A DNA stretch of 64,000 bases from Azolla caroliniana (taxonomy: Eukaryota > Plantae > Polypodiophyta): positions 18,104,001-18,168,000 of the forward strand of contig JBHGNT010000015.1 in assembly GCA_043228905.1 (NCBI GenBank), given 5' to 3'. This document shows positions 60,815-64,000 of the stretch, in pieces. Each line of letters starts with the position of its first letter. Position 1 is the first letter of the stretch. Under the pieces are notes generated by a model. That model was not told where the DNA came from. It saw only the letters and a list, made by a program, of their open reading frames with translations, and searched no databases. A program made the position numbers and the translations under genes.

Positions 60815-61015
60815 ATTATGTTAAGGGAATATACAATAGTAGCTAGGAGGCTTAAGACTGGCGTTGAACCGATTTGGTTCGAAATAATGCCTTGTGCCTC
60901 CTTTTATAGTGTTGTCAGGAGTACTCCTGAAATTTCTAGAATGTTCTAGAGAAATATGGAATATACTTCAATTTTCTATAGTAAAACCTAAATGAAAATA
61001 ATATCCTTCGTATTA

Positions 61016-61087
61016 CAACATATAGTTTAATGGTCAAAAGCTTGAACCATGTAACATAAGGTCATGGGTTCGAGTCTTGCTATATCA
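61016..61087 (+). promoter_or_regulatory. tRNA-like A box/B box cassette at the U3 edge of the H LTR (antisense)
   Basis: TAGTTTAATGGT 61023 and GGTTCGAGTC 61067, 44 nt apart. Confidence 0.55.
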
Positions 61088-63064
61088 TGACACTATCCTG
61101 CCTTTAAAACGATGGAAGTATTCAAGAAGAGCACGAGCATTGGTCACATTCTCTATTGGTTCCCAAATACGCTTGATGGGACTATATCCTAGCCAATCGA
61201 CTAAATTGTAGAGCTTGTTGCGAACAATCTGGGAATTGAGGATGGCGGCAACCTCGTACTCAGGTCCATCGTCAAGCTCGATCGGGGGTGGAGGTTGTTT
61301 AATACGACCTGTGATGGTGTTGTCTTGATAGGGTTCGAGGAGAGAACTATGAAACACCAAATGTATCCAAAGTTGTGGAGGTAGATCGAGTCGAAAAGTG
61401 ACATCATTAATTTTTCCGATAATATGGAAAGGACCTAATCGCCGGTAATCTGGAACTTCTCGCATGGGCGAGTAGTCTTGATGTGTCGTCATAGTAGCCA
61501 CACCCGATCTCCAATGTCAAAACTGGATGGAAGTTGATGACGATCCACGCAAACCTTGTGTGTTTGTTGAGCTTGTTGTAGATGAGTAGATAAATCCGCT
61601 TGTATCTTACGTAGCCGCTCCAAACGATCCTCTGCAGAAGGATTTGTAGGTAACTCTAGGGTTTCAAATACACACAACCGGGGGTGACAACCCTTATAAG
61701 CATAAAATGGTGTCACCTTTGTCGATGAGTGGACAGAGTTATTATACGCAAATTCGGCGAAGTGGAGAATATCCGCCGAGTCATCTTGATGATAGCTTAA
61801 AAAGCACCGAAGATACTGCTCCAACGTTTGATTTGTTTTTTCTGCTTGGCCGTCTGTTTGCGGGTGGTAGCCGAAGGAGAGGTTACAAGTGACCTTAAGC
61901 ATTTTAAAGAGGTGCTTCCAGACCTTCGAGACGAATTGGGGTCCACGGTCGCTGATGATACTATCGGTTCTTGGCATTTTTGCTCTCCAACATGTATCAC
62001 AAGTCCGAACAAAATCTTCGACAAATTGTCGCATATGGGGCTACCAGAAGGATCCTTGTACTAAATCTAGTGTTTTAGTACTACCAAAATTCCCAAGTGT
62101 GTATGTGCCATGACAGTTTTGGACTTCTTGAAGGCGACAAGTACCATTGGGAACATACAAGAGTTTCTTAAAGAATAGCAATCCATCATGACATTCGAAT
62201 TGTCAATAGTCCATACCTGGTTGTTGTTCTATGAACAAGATGCTCGAGAGGGATCAATTTGTGTTAGAATGGCTTGAGCGAAAACATCTGTCTTCAAGTC
62301 CTCACGTATGGTATCGATAACGTGGGAATCCAAGGGCATACCGAAGACCTGCGTTGCTTGCAGTCGTGCCGGTCCTAAGATTACTTGCTTTTGGTTATCG
62401 AAAGCTGGCTCGCCGGGACGCGGTGCTAGATACGAACGCCGTGATAATGCATCTGCCTTCCCTTGTTACTTCCCCAGACGATATGTGATTTTGAAGTCGA
62501 AACGAGTGAGGAATTGGGCCCACTGATCTTGACGTCGATTTAACACACGAGCATTCTGAAAGTAGGCAAGGTTTTTGTGATCATTGAATACGATGACTTG
62601 ATGAGAAGACCCCTCTAGAAAATGCCTCCATTGAGTAAAAGAGTCCACTATTGCTAATAGCTCTTTATCGTGAATTTCATAGTTGATTTCCACGGCATCA
62701 AACTTGTGTGAATGGAATGCCACAGGATGTAGCTTTTCATCATCGCCTTGTTGAGATAGAATGCTACCCAAGGTGAAATTCGACGCGTCTGCTTTAATGA
62801 TGAATGGTTTTTCTGGATCAACATGAGCTAAAATAGGAGCTGATGTAAATGCCTTTTTAAGAATCTCAAAAGCAATGTCCGCTTCTTCAGATCAAACGAA
62901 CGATTTTCCCTTCCTGGTAAGTTGTGTGAGAGGCAGAACAAGCTTTGAGTAATCCTATATGAACTTGCGGTATAAATTGACAAAGCCTAAAAAGCATTGC
63001 ACATCTTGCAATGAACGCGGAGTCTACCACTCTACCATCGTTTTGACCTTAGCTGGATCCATCA

Positions 63065-64000
63065 ATCATGATGTTGTTCATCATCAATCAAAGATCTTCA
63101 TAAGAGAAGTGTTAGTTTTGTTCTGCATCTTGACGACCGTTTCCAACATTTGGTATTAGAGCTTGACGTTTTTTTATTTTGTTGGTTGCCATCTTCTTTT
63201 CCTCATCAACAACTCCTCCTTGTTACCCCGTAAAAGTCTTCTGGCTGATTTTGTTTGATAGAATAGACTCTGAGATTCCAATTGGTTTGAAATCTCCCAT
63301 TCGACAACTTCTACTTCCTGAGAAGCAATACCTGGAAAATCAACACTTCACTGAGCTAAATAACTCCTGAAGTAGGCTAGTCAGTTGTACTTCGCCTTTG
63401 TGATTGTAACTGCTTGAAGTGAGGTATTTCCATCGAGTCAACCATAAATCATGCTTCATCATGCTGGACGGCAATCGGTAAGGCCATCCGGCGATACCCA
63501 CGCTCATCGTAAGCACTCGAAGCTGATTCAGTCCCATCAGGCCCTAGGAACAACCCACATCTGTGCTTCATTAAGCTAGAAGACATTCGGGAGGATCAAT
63601 TGGCTCCATCTCTCTCATCGTTGTAGTCACCCAAACCTAGATCACCTTGGAAAACGACACAAAGGTACATAATCTGTGATCAGTCTATAAAATCGGCAAT
63701 CGAAATTAGACTGACAATTAACTGCACTCAATTTGACTAGATGATATTCGGGAAGACTAATCTGCTCTGTCCCTCCACTTGTCATAGTCACTCTGAGAAA
63801 GATTAGGACCCAAATTCCATCTGAAATCCAATCGACAATTAAATTGGCAAATTTAGGTTTAATTTGGCTAAAGTCAATCAACTACAGCCGATTCGACCCA
63901 TCAACAATCGAAGCCGATTCCGCACACAACCCATCAACAATCGAAGCCGATTCAACCCATGTCCAAATCTGACTAGAATGATATAGGGCGAGCCAGTCGA
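63065..64000 (+). mobile_element. Start of another LTR element: truncated LTR end, PBS, leader
   Basis: ...CCAACA 63148, TT, TGGTATTAGAGC 63151-63162 (iMet PBS-like); short direct repeats ACCCATCAACAATCGAAGCCGATTC at 63897-63953. Confidence 0.6.

Larger units (their letters stand above)
55384..63063 (-). mobile_element. Ty3/Gypsy chromovirus element H, 5'-truncated and degenerate
   Basis: 3' LTR TGTCA...TGACA split as 60815-61092 plus 55384-55644; PPT at 61093; chromodomain YEVAAIL...LVDWLGY...WEP, integrase, RNase H (DAS, DKELLA, DHKNL), RT connection to ~63063. Confidence 0.88.

Overview
Eukaryotic, almost certainly land-plant, transposon-dense DNA with no recognisable host gene. The plant assignment rests on primer-binding sites (PBS) for tRNA-iMet and plant tRNA-Trp; a seed-free plant such as a fern or bryophyte is my inference. 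The core is a 42-kb nest of LTR retrotransposons (11204-53246, target-site duplication (TSD) GGAAG), up to six layers deep: ancient Copia I > Copia E > Copia D2 > Ty3 B > chromovirus C > solo LTR. Copia D1 and two solo LTRs also sit in E; a near-intact Ty3 element A and a Gag-only non-autonomous element G also sit in D2. To the right, a DUF7869/Sola1-like DNA transposase relic is interrupted by chromovirus H, whose LTR is itself interrupted by Copia F. The most notable signals concern one tRNA-Trp-primed Ty3 group (A, B, G and three solo LTRs). (1) All six insertions sit at CpG-centred 4-bp targets, five of them ACGT. (2) G-family LTRs, and the unrelated H LTR, carry an antisense tRNA-like A-box/B-box (Pol III-type) cassette in U3. 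(3) Gag-protease and pol are joined by a GGATTTT -1 frameshift site with a predicted pseudoknot. (4) A hairpin with compensatory changes precedes the polypurine tract (PPT). Two elements have TG...TA rather than TG...CA ends in both LTRs. All coordinates were counted by eye, and lineage names are unverified by database search.
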